Below, in pieces: positions 39,294 to 53,082 of a stretch of DNA of 64,000 nucleotides. Origin of the DNA: Oopsacas minuta (taxonomy: Eukaryota > Animalia > Porifera); NCBI GenBank assembly GCA_024704765.1, contig JAKMXF010000332.1:416018-480017 (forward strand), written 5' to 3'. The first letter of the stretch is position 1. The number at the start of each line of letters is the position of its first letter. A program made the translations under genes and the position numbers. Below the pieces are notes generated by a model, which searched no databases, had not been told where the DNA came from, and was given only the letters and a program-made list of their open reading frames with translations.

Positions 39294-41211
39294 AGTAGTT
39301 TCATGTTCATTGAAACAAATGATTCGCACTTTTCACTCCCAGAGTGGACAAATATGTACAATTACTCTTGTAGAATAGAAAACGGTAATTGCTCATTGGT
39401 ATATAAATGTTTGTATACCCCATGTTGACGAAATTGGTCAATTCTTCATCGAAGATTGAAGACATCTCAGCATCTTTGGCACCACGATGATGTAAGTTCA
39501 AACAAAGCCATCGCAAACTCTGGATTTCTTTGCAGAAAACTCGATTCAAGTACTTCCTCATCTTGCCTATTCTCCAGATTTAGACCCTTGCGGTTTTTCG
39601 GTGTTTCCAAAGTTAAGAAACAATTTCGTGGAAAATATTTTTGACAGCACAAAAGGAGCAACCTCCGCCCATAATTCTGATTCTAGAACTACCAAAGAAG
39701 ATTGGAAAGCTATTAAAAAATGGTTTTGGAGGATGAAACTTTGACTAGATTATAATGGAGAGTCATTGAGAAATGTGACGATTTTAAGCTAATTGAATAA
39801 ATAAAAGTATGCGGGGCTAAAAACTTTCGAAGGGACCCTCGTATAAGTAGTGATTCAAATTATAATGGTGGTGGTATCGGATCTATTGAACATGCTGAAG
39901 ACTCATCTATCACAGTTTCAACAATGGTATCAGGCCTGATGAAAAAATTATCTAACAATGTCAGGTTAATCCCCTGAGTTCTAGTTCCCTTTGCAGAATT
40001 GTTTCCAATTGTTACTAGAACAATATCTAACACTGAGAGTTATAATGTATACGGAGATGCATTATGTACTGATAACTACCCACTCAATGGATGTCTATCT
40101 AAACATTTCCCAGCAGAGTTAAGAAGTTTATTGCATCAAGTTAAATAGCCATGTAACACAGATAGATATATCATTTTATTCTCTGATTTGTCCAGATAAT
40201 CAAGTCAATTAGAAATAATTGGCTTAATTTAAAGGATTATGAAAATGAAATCATTGTCCGAAATTTGACTATTGTATGGACCAATTCTGCAGGGGAGAAA
40301 GATCCCATGTTAATTCCCGAAAAATCTATACCAGCTGTTAAAATATTTCTCCACAAATATTATCTCATAAGTTCCACTGATCCTACAATATGTTTAGGTC
40401 TTTCAGGATATTCGGACCATATTCAAATCAGAAGAGTGTAGCATGCTCAAACTGGTTCTGAAATTAACATCTAAATCTCGTTGGCCAAATAGACTAGAGA
40501 GGCTGAATGCTAAATTAACCCTTAAAATCTTTAGTGAATCAAATTCAGCGGGACTTTGAGCCATGAATTTGGTGGAAAATTGTTAACAATTCTGCTAATT
40601 TTTGAGATTGATTAATACAATATGGAGAATTTTCAATATGAGTTGGGTAGGTAAGCATATAAGTTTTGAGGGCGAATTCAGTGCACTCTCATCATAGGAG
40701 TATAATTCCGGAGTGCGGCAAATAGATTCGTCCCAGGTTTCTATAACCCTCATTCAAATCTGTACAAATGGTGTCAGCGCGTCAACATTCCCAAGAGATA
40801 TTTCTAGATCGGTCTAGCTTCAATTATCCGAACATCTCCTTGGTCCCAGTTCATTACATATTGTACAAACTACTTCGATTACTTGATCCAGTTGTACTTG
40901 TCTATCAATGGTTTCTGAAATCGTAAAAGTTTTGTATTCTTGTGATAGTTCATTGATATATATGTATCTAGACTAACACAATAAATTATTTGTATAGGAA
41001 GAATTGGCCTGAAGTGCAATTGGAAGTATAATGAGTTTACTATCTAGGCGAGAAAGTTGTAATTCTTCACTGAGATTTTCTAATTGCGATAAATAATGAA
41101 ATGGAATTCACACTGTAGTTCTTAGTAAATCACTTTCAGCATATCTAGATTTCCTGATTCTCATTGTAAGAAATTGGAATTAGCAATTTACCTTAAATAT
41201 TATCTTGTCTT

Positions 41212-43945
41212 CAGAGGCGTAAAGTTTTGTCCAAAAGTCAAAATCTGGGGGGGCGGGGCGTGAATACAACATACGCCAGCACATAATCAACCGTAACTAA
41301 CTCAAACATATAATTTTCTACTATTAGTCTATTGCAATCTCTAATTAAATGGATGACTTAGGTCCGAACAAGTTATGACGCTGCATTGTTCTGCCAATAA
41401 ACTCTTCCATTAGAGGTCTGATATCCATTTCTTTAGTGATATCCTTGTGTGCTGCAAGAACAGCGCAGTGATTGAGACGCTGCTGAGTTTGAGAATATCT
41501 CAGCCAGGTGTGGATCCTCCTCATCATACTAAAGGAGCGCTCAGCACCACACACTGATACTGGTAGACATACTTAAATGGTGCATATCATGTGCAGATTT
41601 GGTAGTAGAAACTTGAGTGTTGTCTCTTCTACGAAATTCGAACGCAGAATTTTGATGGTTGGTACGACTCCATTTCCTTCACATAGGGCGAACCAATTGC
41701 GCAGTTCTTGTCTGAGCATCTCAAACTGTACATCACCTTCATAGAATTGAACCAATTCAGTGAAATATGGATCTGACATTTTGGAGTCTTCTAGAGATTT
41801 GCGCAACAGTTCCACTATTCCTAAGTCATTAGCAGAATACATATCTGTGGGTGCATTCGAACAAACATTCATCACAGCCAAATATAGACCAGTGTAAAAC
41901 TCTTTTATTTGTTCTTCTGTCACCAGATTCTGGGTAGCAGCTCGAGTCCGTGCGTCACGTGCTCGTTCAACTCTGAGCAATGCAGGCAAACCAGATGTGG
42001 GTCATCAAGGGCCGAAAACTTAGCAGCGACGTACAGCTCTGCTGCGTTTGTGCAGTTGATTACTTCAGCCGAAAGAGATAAGGCCAAAGTACCAACCCAG
42101 TTTCTGACTTCTCCTGCTGTAGCATGCCTGCTCTGGCATTGCACATGGATTGGGTGACTTTCCATAGAACAGCCTGGACAATTCTGAGGCAAAAATAGTT
42201 CTGAAATGTCTCAAGACTCCTAGGATAACCCTCGGCCCATTCTTTGTTCTTAGCAGGCTCGGTGCGATCATTCTTAAGTTCATCCATGAACTCCAAAATA
42301 GAGGTGTAATGAGCTAAGAAAGCGTCCACAGTAGGCAATCGCATCACCCAGCGTGTAGGACAAAGAGGTCTGAGAACAATGTTGTCAAGGTGAGGATTAT
42401 CATCCATCTCCAGATCCTTGACGATATTGTTGAATCTGTTGAGCTTCTTTGGTGAATTCTTGATGAAGTGAACCACAGAATTCATACGCTCCAGGCCTAT
42501 GGACACCTCGGGAATCATTCCCAATGAATCTTGGACGCACAAGTTCAGCTGGTGGCCGAGACAATACAAGGTACAATGCTTTTGAATTTTCAGTCGACAG
42601 TTTAGCCTGCAGCCAATTATGTAATCCGCCAACATTTGCTGCTCAGTCATATCCTGTCCTCGAATCCCGGAAAAAGGTAGACCAAAAGCTAGCAGTGAAG
42701 TCTTCACAAGATGCAGAAGAGTGTCGGCGTTAGTTCTAATTGTTATGTGAAAGCCTAGAAAGACTTCTTCACTTTCCATATGGGCATTACAGAAATGAAT
42801 GCAGAAGGAAACTTGCTCCTTCCTGTTGATGTCGGATGTCTCGTCCAGAATTATTGAGTATATAGACTATTCTTCAGCGCGCGTTCTTCCTACAGATTCT
42901 GATTTAATGCGAGTAACAAGATGGCGCTGGAGGCCATGGGCGAAGATCTCCAAAATCTCGTTCTGGGACTGAGGTGTCAGATATTTCAATTAGATGTCAA
43001 CAGTGATGTAGTTTTGAACAGAAGTATTGAACTTTCCAATTAACTTGAACAAGCAATTTAAGTTGGCAGTGTTATCTTGATCACGGTGACCACGCAAAGC
43101 CAGACCCTGGTGCCCACATACTCTTACAACCTCGAACACAGCCTCTAGGCCAATCCTGTTCAACTCGTTTTCATTCGCGACCATTCATCTAAAATCACCC
43201 GATGAATATGTGCCAGTTTCACCACATTCAGCGCGTATTCTCCCTCCTTATGAATTCCACAACCGTCGTGTTTCAAGATCCTATCACGCCCCCTTTTGAA
43301 GTCGGCCCATCCAGCCTCCCTGTTGATCCACAACATATTATTGCCACCTTCATATGTTCTCATGTCAGCATTGTTGAAACACTTGCACTTGAGAGAGCAA
43401 AACAGGTCATGCACAACAACGATTTCCTGTTTTCTTCCAACTTCAACCAGGAAAACTCTCCAAACCAGCTACTGTTCATCTTGTGATTTGATGGGTTCAT
43501 CTTAGGCATTTGGCCAGGAAGCTCGTACATGTTCTGGGAACAGGATCTCCAGTTAAATGACTTCAACAGTAGAAGCAGAGTTCGCGTCACCAAGTTCTTC
43601 ACCATGCTCAGCAATTTGCAGAACATTTCCCAAGTTCTCCGATACGGAAGCCGTGGTTTCTAGGGGAGAAGTCATCTGCTTCTTGGAAATGAAGTGGGTC
43701 AAAAGAGTTTGACCTTGCTTCCTTTTCGTGGACTGCTCTGCAATAACAAGGAGGAATGGCATTATACCCAAGAAGTATTCAGTACCTAAGATAATTAGCA
43801 GAGACTAATCTACAAAAAGAGATAACAAAATTGAAGTAAATACACAAAATCTTCTCAAAAAAATGCTGGGGGATGTAAGACCTTCGCCCCCCAGTTTTAA
43901 GGTCTCTGGGGCCAGCCCCGGGGCCCCCCAGAATATACGCCTATG
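41212..43945 (-). mobile_element. Full-length hAT element (TTF zinc finger / DUF4371 / hAT dimerisation type), disrupted
   Basis: Perfect 8-bp TSD CTTGTCTT; TIR CAGAGGCGTA / TACGCCTATG. Motifs FSWLK..LLCMTC, GHQGLALRGH, ILDETSD, CLGHQLNLCVQD, LCPTRW, ERSFSMMRRIHTWLRYSQTQQRLNH. Confidence 0.93.
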
Positions 43946-44452
43946 CTTGTCTTGGTACTAGTGATTATGGCAAAGATGTAAACCAACAATTGTATGTCTA
44001 GATATATTTAAAATAACAAATTGTCTTGCCCCCAGAATTTTCAATTTTCACAGAAATTCTACGCCAATGACCCTAATTCCCCAATGATTTCGATTGCAAT
44101 CTCTTCAAAAACTGGTATGTTGGTTAGATTTCTGGCAAATCTTCCCACGTGAGAGGAAATTTATCCCATAGAGATTCACTAGTTATAAACACAATTACCA
44201 GGCTTCACACTTCTTAACTTACTTTTACAAATCATTGGCTTCGAATACTTGTTGACACCTAAAATTCTAAACGATGCATTGGAAAACCATTTTGGTCTGT
44301 ATCGACAGATGTCAAGTTCCCAAAATCAAATTTCATACTACCCAATATCAGAGTCTGAGCGTAGACAAAAGTTTCTACATGCTCAAATTATCTGTGACTA
44401 AAACACAATCTGGCTCATATAAAAAACACACTAATGGATCACAAACGTAAAT

Positions 44453-44980
44453 TTGCTAATTATGGTGAGGATAAATTTCTTTAGATCTGTATGCCTCAGA
44501 TATAGAACTTATCGATCCCCCAGAATTACCTATTTCCCAAATTTAGGACCTTGTATTTGTCGCCGATTATGCCATATTTTCATATCTCAAGTAGTCAAAT
44601 GGTTGTCAATATGTAAATCTTTCTTAGCAACTGATAATTTTATTCGAGTTATTTATGACATGGGAGGTGAATTTAGATCAATAGTGTTATTGGATAAAGG
44701 TTCTCTAATGTATCAGTCTACTAAAGTAATTGAAATTACAAATATTATAACAGAGGTATTTTGGAAAATTGATAATAAGGAATTCTTTCAAGAAAAATAT
44801 AATGGTTCAATACCGAACCAAGCTTGTAAATTGTCCAGTACTATAATAGAGAATGAGAACAGTGAAATATGGAGAAATTGGCGCAAATGTAATGTGATTC
44901 ATTGGGAAATATCTAAACAACTACTACGAAATCTTTCTAATTGCATTATTTATAACAAGATAAAAAATATAATATGCTAG
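44453..44980 (+). pseudogene. 175-aa ORF with integrase-like motifs
   Basis: IYDMGGEFRS (DxGxEF-like) and downstream KYNGS spaced as in rve-type integrases; catalytic Glu not evident. Confidence 0.3.
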
Positions 44981-45424
44981 TATCAAATCACAAGAACATA
45001 AGGCACAAGAAATAAGAACTCATGTATGTCTGGATTCGTGTAGCTTTATCACTGACTTTCAAGCCTGCAACAGGCAATCTAAGCTACATCAAGAGTATAA
45101 TGGTCTATCTATCTATCTATGTATCTATCTACCTATCTAATCATAAGTACTATTAAAGAAATTTGCATATTTTGTTAGAATCAGTTAAATACTTTATGAT
45201 TTGTTGAATTTATTTGATAAAAGTTTTTGAAATTATAAAATCTCTCACTACCAGGTATTAACTTGCAATTTTATACAAGTTTAATAGGGATTCGTGAGCT
45301 TAATCAGAACAGCTAATAGGGGTTTCAAATTAACTACTGAACATTATTAGGCTTAGGACGTTGTTATGTCTCTCGAAAATCGAATAATTCCTGCTCTGAT
45401 AAAATATAGTAATGCTAATGCATA

Positions 45425-46067
45425 AATTTGAATATGCCAGCCCACTTCGCTACGCGTTTGCGAAAACTTCGTACCCACACTCGTGCCTACATCTTTGAAT
45501 ACATAAACTCATAAAAGAAACCGTAGCAACATGATACTGCCATAATCTATATTCTGGATACTGTTGTCCCCAAAAGTGAACAAATATTTATGAAACATTG
45601 CTTCAACATCATATTTGACCCCGCATATTCCATTACGCCTGCCGTTAAAATATGAATCTACCACGAATTTGAAATTTGATTAGTTCATGTACCTAAAAGT
45701 AAATGAATATTCACAATATATTGTTTACAATATCAAATTTAGACTCAACATGCTCGATTACCTCAGTATAACCACCGAAAGCATATTTCTACGACAATTT
45801 TTAGCACAGTTGGGCCAATCATATGTAAATTGATTGTTGAAAACAACAATAAATTTAAATATCATTAATCCAAAAGTGTGAAATTCGGATTCAGTGTGTT
45901 CGATAGAATTAGTGAAGTTTTATTGATTTCTATTTACTTCATTGATATACACTATAAATGCATAGTTCTTAAACTATAATTTCGGACTTGCATACCGTAA
46001 AACCATTCCTTGATGACGGACAAACAAACAAACAAACAAACAACAACTGAGATTGAATAATATAGAT
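45425..46067 (+). mobile_element. Possible non-autonomous Helentron/Helitron-type element
   Basis: 5' GCCAGCCCACTTCGCTACGCG motif and 3' GACGGA(CAAA)5...AATAATATAGAT. Confidence 0.45.
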
Positions 46068-46959
46068 TAGTGCATCCATGGTCCATATAAATTAGTGACT
46101 GTCATTGCCTTAATGCATAGAATGCTATATCTTCAAGTAGTTCATTTAAGTTATAGGAATCAATAGTAAATACATTGATTTTTTGAGATTTTCTGGGCAG
46201 CTGATAGTAGAAATAATTTTTTACAATCAATTTTGATGTAACAAATGTCTTCAGTATTGCATATTTAATTAGACCACGAAAAATATTTTATAGGATATAC
46301 TATGATGCTCATTCCACATTGTTGTGAGCTAGGAGGGAGCATTAATCAAACAAAAGTACTTGAATACCACAGAATATACAATTATATACCGGGCTAGACA
46401 GTGGAAGTTTCAATATCCATACGATAATATAGCTGAAAGAACTATTTGACTATATTAGTTGACATTGTCATGACAAAATCCATACAAAATATTCTAATTA
46501 GATATTCTTTCGACAGTTTGCTCATTAAAAAGATAATGAGCTGATTAATTATGTAATTGATTGCACAAAAAACAAATGAAATGGAACCATTCTGATGGCA
46601 TACTTTGGCGTTTTGCAAGATTTACCGTCGTAAATATAATATAAGTGATTTAGTCTTGAAATCACAACAGATACATAATAGGTAATTAAAGACCTAAGAA
46701 ATGCTAAATAAATATTACAGTAGAACTCGGTAAGGACCTACTTGTCTCAAACGACGGAAATTTCCGCCTATCCATACGGTTCTCTATAAGGCCTACCATC
46801 AGATGCACCAGGGATATAGTAGAGGACGGTAAATGTTACATTAGCATACAGAATGGTTGCATATGGTTAAACAGTACTTTTATGCCCAAGTAGATGTATT
46901 ACAGATAAGTAGAATAGCATGTCTCCAAACCAACAAAGCAAAAAATTATCAAAATGTGC

Positions 46960-47330
46960 AAATTTCTTTGCGTAATAAGCATTATTTGGATAAAAGAGCC
47001 AATCTTTGATGACTGCAGAACGCCAAATATCGCATCTTTGATTTCAAAGTAAATGTACGAAATGATGTAAAGATGCTTTTTGTAAACATATTAAAATTTG
47101 TCATGATAAAGTTGGGAGGTTTTTGAGTTATAGTAGTAACCATGGATGGTGATAATTTATCAATACGCATTATAAGTCGAACACCCTCAATGATACAAGA
47201 AAACTCACTATTGCCGATTTATAGTATATACCCGAATTCCCAAACCCTTTTAGTACATGTTCATATAATATCTCATACGATAATTACGCAATCCTGAATA
47301 TTACCATATATGGATGTGTGATTACTATGC
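46960..47330 (+). pseudogene. Possible P-element/THAP9 transposase remnant
   Basis: LGGF*VIVVTMDG followed by a frameshifted VHII..IRNN-like stretch. Confidence 0.25.
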
Positions 47331-48570
47331 AATAATCCTTGTTGATAAAAGTACCGTTTGTGCGTACGAAACTATTCTGTATACTAATATAATATTTACC
47401 GTACAGTACTATATTCCTAGTCCAAAAATTCGCGGTTGATGGTAGGCCTTAGATAGAGAAGGCTATGGCCCATCTAATCCATTAGGAATGATTCGGTTAA
47501 AACGTACTCGGATAAGAAGTGCAAATTATTTCTTCCCAAAAGAACATAATGTGATGAATCACACTCGGATAAGAAGGACTCAATGATGGGCACAGTATAT
47601 AGACAGTCAATAATTGGCAAAACGTTGCCCGATTTGGGAGAGTGCCCCGATAATTGAGGGGCAGGAATTAGACAACTATATAAAATTTCACTATTTCCAG
47701 CCACTATTTATATCACATTTCATACAAAAATTCAATGCAATTTATTAATTACTTAAACAAAGGGGAAATGTTCCTTTAACAACCTACAAAAGTACGTGTT
47801 CACTAATCAAGACAATACAATCAGGTCTGGTTATTATGACGTTTTTGGTGCAGGGACACTGTTAGTTGGTAACGTGTTTAGCTCCACCACTCACAACTGA
47901 TTTTTTCTAACGCACAAATATTATCATTATTGTAAATTTTTGAATTATTTCAACATTTACTGAGCGTAATTTAGCTAGAGAGAGTATAAGCTAGCAAAGT
48001 CCAATAAATGCCACCTTTTGTCAACTTTTGAATAAGTCTATCCCTGAGAAATCTTCAAGATAAAGTTAAAAGTTGCCAGTTTTTGAAATGAAATGGATCG
48101 AAATATGATATCTACACATCTTAATGGCAGAAAAGGGTATAAATCCTTATGAATCAGTGATAACTTCAATTTTCTCATGAAATGTATAAGTGAGATTGTG
48201 TTCATATACACGAGTCTCAAATTATATCGGTGTAACTTGATAACTATGATATCACAAAATTTAACTGTTTAGGGATATTATATACTCTGCGAATAGAATA
48301 TTTATATCGGGTATTGGTAACTAGGTATTAAACAAAATAATAATTAATAAGAACATCATATAACAAAATGTAGGCCAGGGCCCAGATTTAGTATCGTCCC
48401 TAAGTAACAGTTGGAATTATGCTCAGTACCAGCGAGTTCATATACTGGTGCAATGTAATTAATATGATAGATCTGATGAAATAAATTTGTGGACTATTCA
48501 GGCGTTTCTCCAGAAGTACACTTAGTCTCCAATTCTGGAATTTGATAAAAAATAACTACATAACAATCAG

Positions 48571-50527
48571 GGGTCATATTCACTAAGCATACTTAAACCG
48601 TATTCACTAAGATTGGTATTCACTAAGATTCAAGCTCATACTTAAGTATGTACTTAAGTACAAAAGTTAAGTACCTACCGAGGTTGCTTAAGTTATTCAA
48701 GCTCTATTTTAAGTTTCCAAACATATTCTATTTATCGATAACATTGATGTAATCACTTCATTCACTCGTTTTCTTTGATTAATTCATGACCTTTGTCCGT
48801 ACTCTTGCTTTGGAATATCAATATCCGCCACCAATTTATAGTTTTCATAATGCAATAACTAGCTCCCAATTCAAGTGCGATACTCGACACATCTCACAAA
48901 TAATTATCCCAACTTGAAAGACTAACATCCTACTTAGATGTTTCAAAACTACAAATACCATATTACCTTATTATCACTAGCTGTGCAAAATGTTCACATA
49001 TCTACATCACAACATATATACTATGTGAATGTAATTGCTGAAATTATGAATAGAAAATTGATCCCTGTAATGCTTTGATGCCAAATGCCTAACAGTTTCT
49101 TCAAAGTCAAGAACATCATCCGGATAGGAATCATCGGAGACTTCATCCTCTAAGAGAGGTTATTTCCACTGTATTGCTATGTTCTGCAATACTGCACAAG
49201 CAACTATGATGGAACAAACTTTATCTGGACTCATCCTGAGCTCTCCATGAAGACAGTGGAATCTTCGTTTCCATCGTCCAAATGTCTGTTCAACAATAAC
49301 CCTTGTCCTCTTATGTGCATAGTTGTAGTCAAATTGGGGAGTGGATATTGGTTGGCGATAAGGAGTGAGTAAATATAGCCTCATCATGTACAGCTATCTC
49401 CTAATATATGCTCCTCTATTAAAATGGTATTTTCAACATGCATCCCAACACCTGAAATCTTCCAAATCCGTGAATCGGGGACAGACCCAGGAAAATGTAC
49501 CAATACATCACTAAACATTCCATCTGGTTGGCAAATAGCTTGAATGTTAATTGAGTGGTAAAAATGCCGATTTATATAATCTGCTTCATCTTCAGAGGGT
49601 CTTTGGATTCGTGTGTGTGTTCCGTCAACTAATCCTACTACGCCTGGAAAGTGAGCAATCTCATAAAACTTGTTTTTGACTTCTACCCTCTTGAAACCAC
49701 CAGGCAAACTAACAAACTGAAGGTATATAGCTTGCAAACCCAGAGAAACATCTCGGATATAACGAGAGACAGAAGCTTGGCTTACGTTTATCCCATCTCC
49801 ACAAAATATCTGGAACGTTCCAGAAGCGAAAAATTGAAGTCCCACACAAACTTGCAAGTGAGGGGAAGCAGCATAAGAACGCTCGGTGAAATTCAAATAG
49901 TTAGCTCTCAACTCTGTAATTTTAGATATCGAAACTCTAGGGAAACGGAAACGTCGAACAAGTTCCATATCATCATGACAACCTAGGAGATCATTGAGAT
50001 CCCTGAAAACTCGTTGACGTGTCATTGAGGAAGGTTTCTTCTTCTGCGAGAAATAGTGGAATTATCTGTGTCATTTGTTTATATTAAAATACTTGAATAT
50101 TTATACATTGTATTTGTTCATAAATTGTATTTAGCAAAACATTCATTAGTGTAACTTGGAATGTATAATTCAGACTGATATTATTTAACATTACGTACAA
50201 AGTAATGCATTCCCTAATAACACATGTGTTATGTCATAAGCGTTCGAGGCATTCCTTGTAACAATATTTGTGAAGTATTTCATGAACGTAAACCACAATA
50301 TTATCGTGAGATCATGCATAAACAGGAATAGTTTTGAAAATATATTCCTGAATGATTGAAAGTAATTCTGCAAAGCAATCTATCAGAAACTCACAAATTC
50401 ATGAATATAAGTGATACTTAAGTATGTACTTAGTTAAGTACATACTTAAGTACGTACTTAACTCTTAGTGAATACGACTTAAACATGTACTTAACTAAGT
50501 ACTAAGTATGCTTAGTGAATACGGCGG
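48571..50527 (-). mobile_element. PIF/Harbinger element with HARBI1-type transposase
   Basis: TIR core TATTCACTAAGCATACTTA flanked by CAG / CTG; subterminal palindromic TACTTAAGTA repeats. ORF 50025-49160: FPGVVGLVDGTH, HSINIQAIC, PGSVPDSRIW, ILGDS, RTRVIVEQTFGRWKRRF; frameshift near 49385. Confidence 0.92.
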
Positions 50528-50567
50528 CTGGAATAATCAAATTCAAAAGGAAATATTGTCAACTTAC

Positions 50568-51205
50568 CTAGGTAATTGCCCTGGCGGAGAAGTCTCTGGT
50601 AATTCTTGAATAGTTATAGTTTGGTAGTCCTTATAGGTAGAAAGTCCAAACTCAGTTTCCAATGGATTTCCATCTTCATCTTTTGTGGGGTAACTAGTAC
50701 CAACAAGAGTAGATTCAAAACTAAATTGATCTGAATAACGACGTTCAAGGATTTTATCAGTATTGGGGCAATAATGTACACTGCGAATAATCTTGGGATG
50801 AACAAAAGAAATCTTAGTAACTATACCTTCAATACAAATCAATTTATTCAGACTATAACTATTAACAAGTCGAGGGTTAAGGAACTGCGACCTGACACAA
50901 CCATCAAAACCAACGAAAAATTTCTCGATTTCGCGAAAATAAGTGGAATCAATTATTTTAATGAATTCCATCAATGCCTTTTGAAACGCAACAATTTCGG
51001 GAACAGCATTAGAAAACAGTAAACGAACACGATCAGGAAGAAAACAACGAAGGTCATTTATATCTATAATGAGTCTGTGCCTCTTATATCTAATCATATT
51101 CTGAACTTTTTCGAAGTATACACCGTTTCTAGGCGTGGACTTGTCATCTAAAAAATTCAGGTATTCCTTATGGGCAGCATGAAAAGTGAGATCTTCAAAA
51201 TCCAT
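50568..51205 (-). CDS. MCM3: MCM3 exon 1 (N-terminal domain)
   Basis: ATG at 51205 (MDFEDLTF...). The translation follows MCM3 (HRLIIDINDLR, CIEGIVTK, RSVHYCP, YPTKDEDGNPLETEFGLSTYKDYQTITIQELPE..PPGQLPR). It ends at a consensus donor AG|GTAAGT (intron starts 50567). The track's 51244 start is a TTG. Confidence 0.95.
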
Positions 51206-53082
51206 ATATACTACAAATAACGAACTAGAAACATAAAATATCAAGTCTAAGAAGTGTAGAGAGTCGTTTGCTATTTAATAATTAAATTTAACGTGAATGA
51301 ATATACGGTAAAACAATCAACAAATCAACACCCCAAGGATCAATATGGACATCTTTTTGGAGGGATTCACTGTATTATACATAGATATAGTCAGGCCCAG
51401 GCGCAAAAGCGAGAGGTTAGCCTTTTGGCTAGAGATTAAACGAAAAAAGTGAGAGAATTTCTTAAGGGGTGAGTATGGTCTAGAGACCTGGAATAAGCTC
51501 TAGTTGATCGATCTCTTTGAAAATTTGGAGGATTTTGGAACATCGTCTGGTATCTAAAAATGCAATAATAATTTAGACAGCGAAGGTTTGCTCATTTGCA
51601 CAATCCTAGCGAGTTAACTTCGAAAGTTAAAGGATTCTAATAAAAGTGAAGTAATGACAATCTATTAGTTGTGCTTAATGACATATATAAATATGAAATC
51701 GAAGCGTGTAATTAATTTGTCTAAAGATTTCATCATGCAGTTTCGCAAGAGCCACTTTTGTACGAAAATGTAGCGTTTTCATAGTGTTAAAATCATGTTC
51801 TCGGTGTTTGTAATTCTTGACAGGTCTATAAAATGACAAAGGCGAATAGTTTACTTGAAAAAAATGGTGATTATGAACACTTTCCTGTATGGCTAAGGAA
51901 ATACATTTTCGTTTGTTTAAGCTATAATTCAACAAAACCATGAATGCTATGGCCCTACAAGTATACAAGTAGTTCTAAATTAGCAACTTCCAATTCACTC
52001 ATAATATAGTTCATCTGCTTCATGTTAATACTTTTTGAGATTGGGATAAAGTTGAGAGCGATACCATTCATAGTTTCTGATTTATAGCTTCAACAAATGA
52101 AAAACACTTTTTCTTAGCAACACAGGAATGTCACCAAACTCCATTCATAAAACTCATTGTTTCAAATCAACTATGGGAACTAATTGGTCATCATTTACAC
52201 AAATAAAGCATTAAAAACACTGTGGACATGCTTGAAACAGGTTGACAAGCAGCATTTTTCGTTCTAAATAGCTTTTGTGGAACCGCGTCATGAGATAGAA
52301 ACTAAGTGACATGAATTCATACCCAAGCTCTATCATATAAATATTACTTGAAATATGTGGTAAATAATCATTTCCTGACACTCTTCGTGTTTTGAAGCCT
52401 ACTCAGAAAATACAGCCGGATATTAAAGAGGCATGTGTGGAGATTCAGAAAAATGAGCTGGGATATGTAACCAGGGTGAGTAATGAACATTGACTGTATA
52501 TTTCAAGATCTATGCGTTTCGCTCGGAAAATGTTTAGCATATTTGTGGAAGAAAAAGTTATCAAACATAATATGCTAAAGAGTTCCGGTGCCAACTTCAT
52601 TTTGTTCTTAGTTTCTAGTCTGGCCTAGTCATGCGTCAACCCGAATTTTTCTGAAGCATTTAGGCAGAGTCGTCGATTGCAGAACGGGCTCGGGTAAGTT
52701 ATATACAAGCACTCGTATTATTTCACAACACTATTGAGTCTTACACTTAGAAGAACCAAACTGGAAGTTACTGTTACATTGTGTCAATAAAGTTCTAGAA
52801 GTTATAATATCTGGCTAATAAATTGCTTTGGAATTACGAAACAATTCGGAAATCTAGCAGGTATAGTCATTTACTTACTACTTATGGCTAACCATACAAG
52901 GATTTGCCTGCTTTTGTGCTCTGTACAGACGTTCAGGACTTAGTAGATGGGTACATTAATTTTAGGTGGGACAAACTTGCTGATTATAAGTCCATGAACT
53001 CAAACTCCGAAAGTATATACATTTTGTTGTGTAAATTAAGAGTTCATATTCAAGCGTAGAAGGATTTCCACTACAGGCTATA

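Larger units (their letters stand above)
16395..50567 (-). other. MCM3 intron 1, 34,173 nt, transposon-filled
   Basis: GTAAGT...TTTAG. The protein is continuous across it (GQLPR|SIDAIL), so no MCM3 exon is missing. Confidence 0.9.

Noticed and set aside
39294-39299. AGTAGT as a Polinton terminus next to the foldback
   Set aside because: It lies outside the inverted repeat and has no ACTACT counterpart or TSD.
30205-46135. About 70-bp inverted match between about 30210-30275 and 46065-46130
   Set aside because: Most simply two fragments of a dispersed repeat; no evidence they delimit one element.
51380-51420. E2F-like site upstream of MCM3 (GGCGCAAAA)
   Set aside because: Does not match TTTSSCGC well and may belong to a repeat; the transcription start is unknown.
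52000-52450. Possible Kolobok-like remnant (LLVNLFQACPQC)
   Set aside because: Only a weak motif resemblance in heavily decayed sequence.
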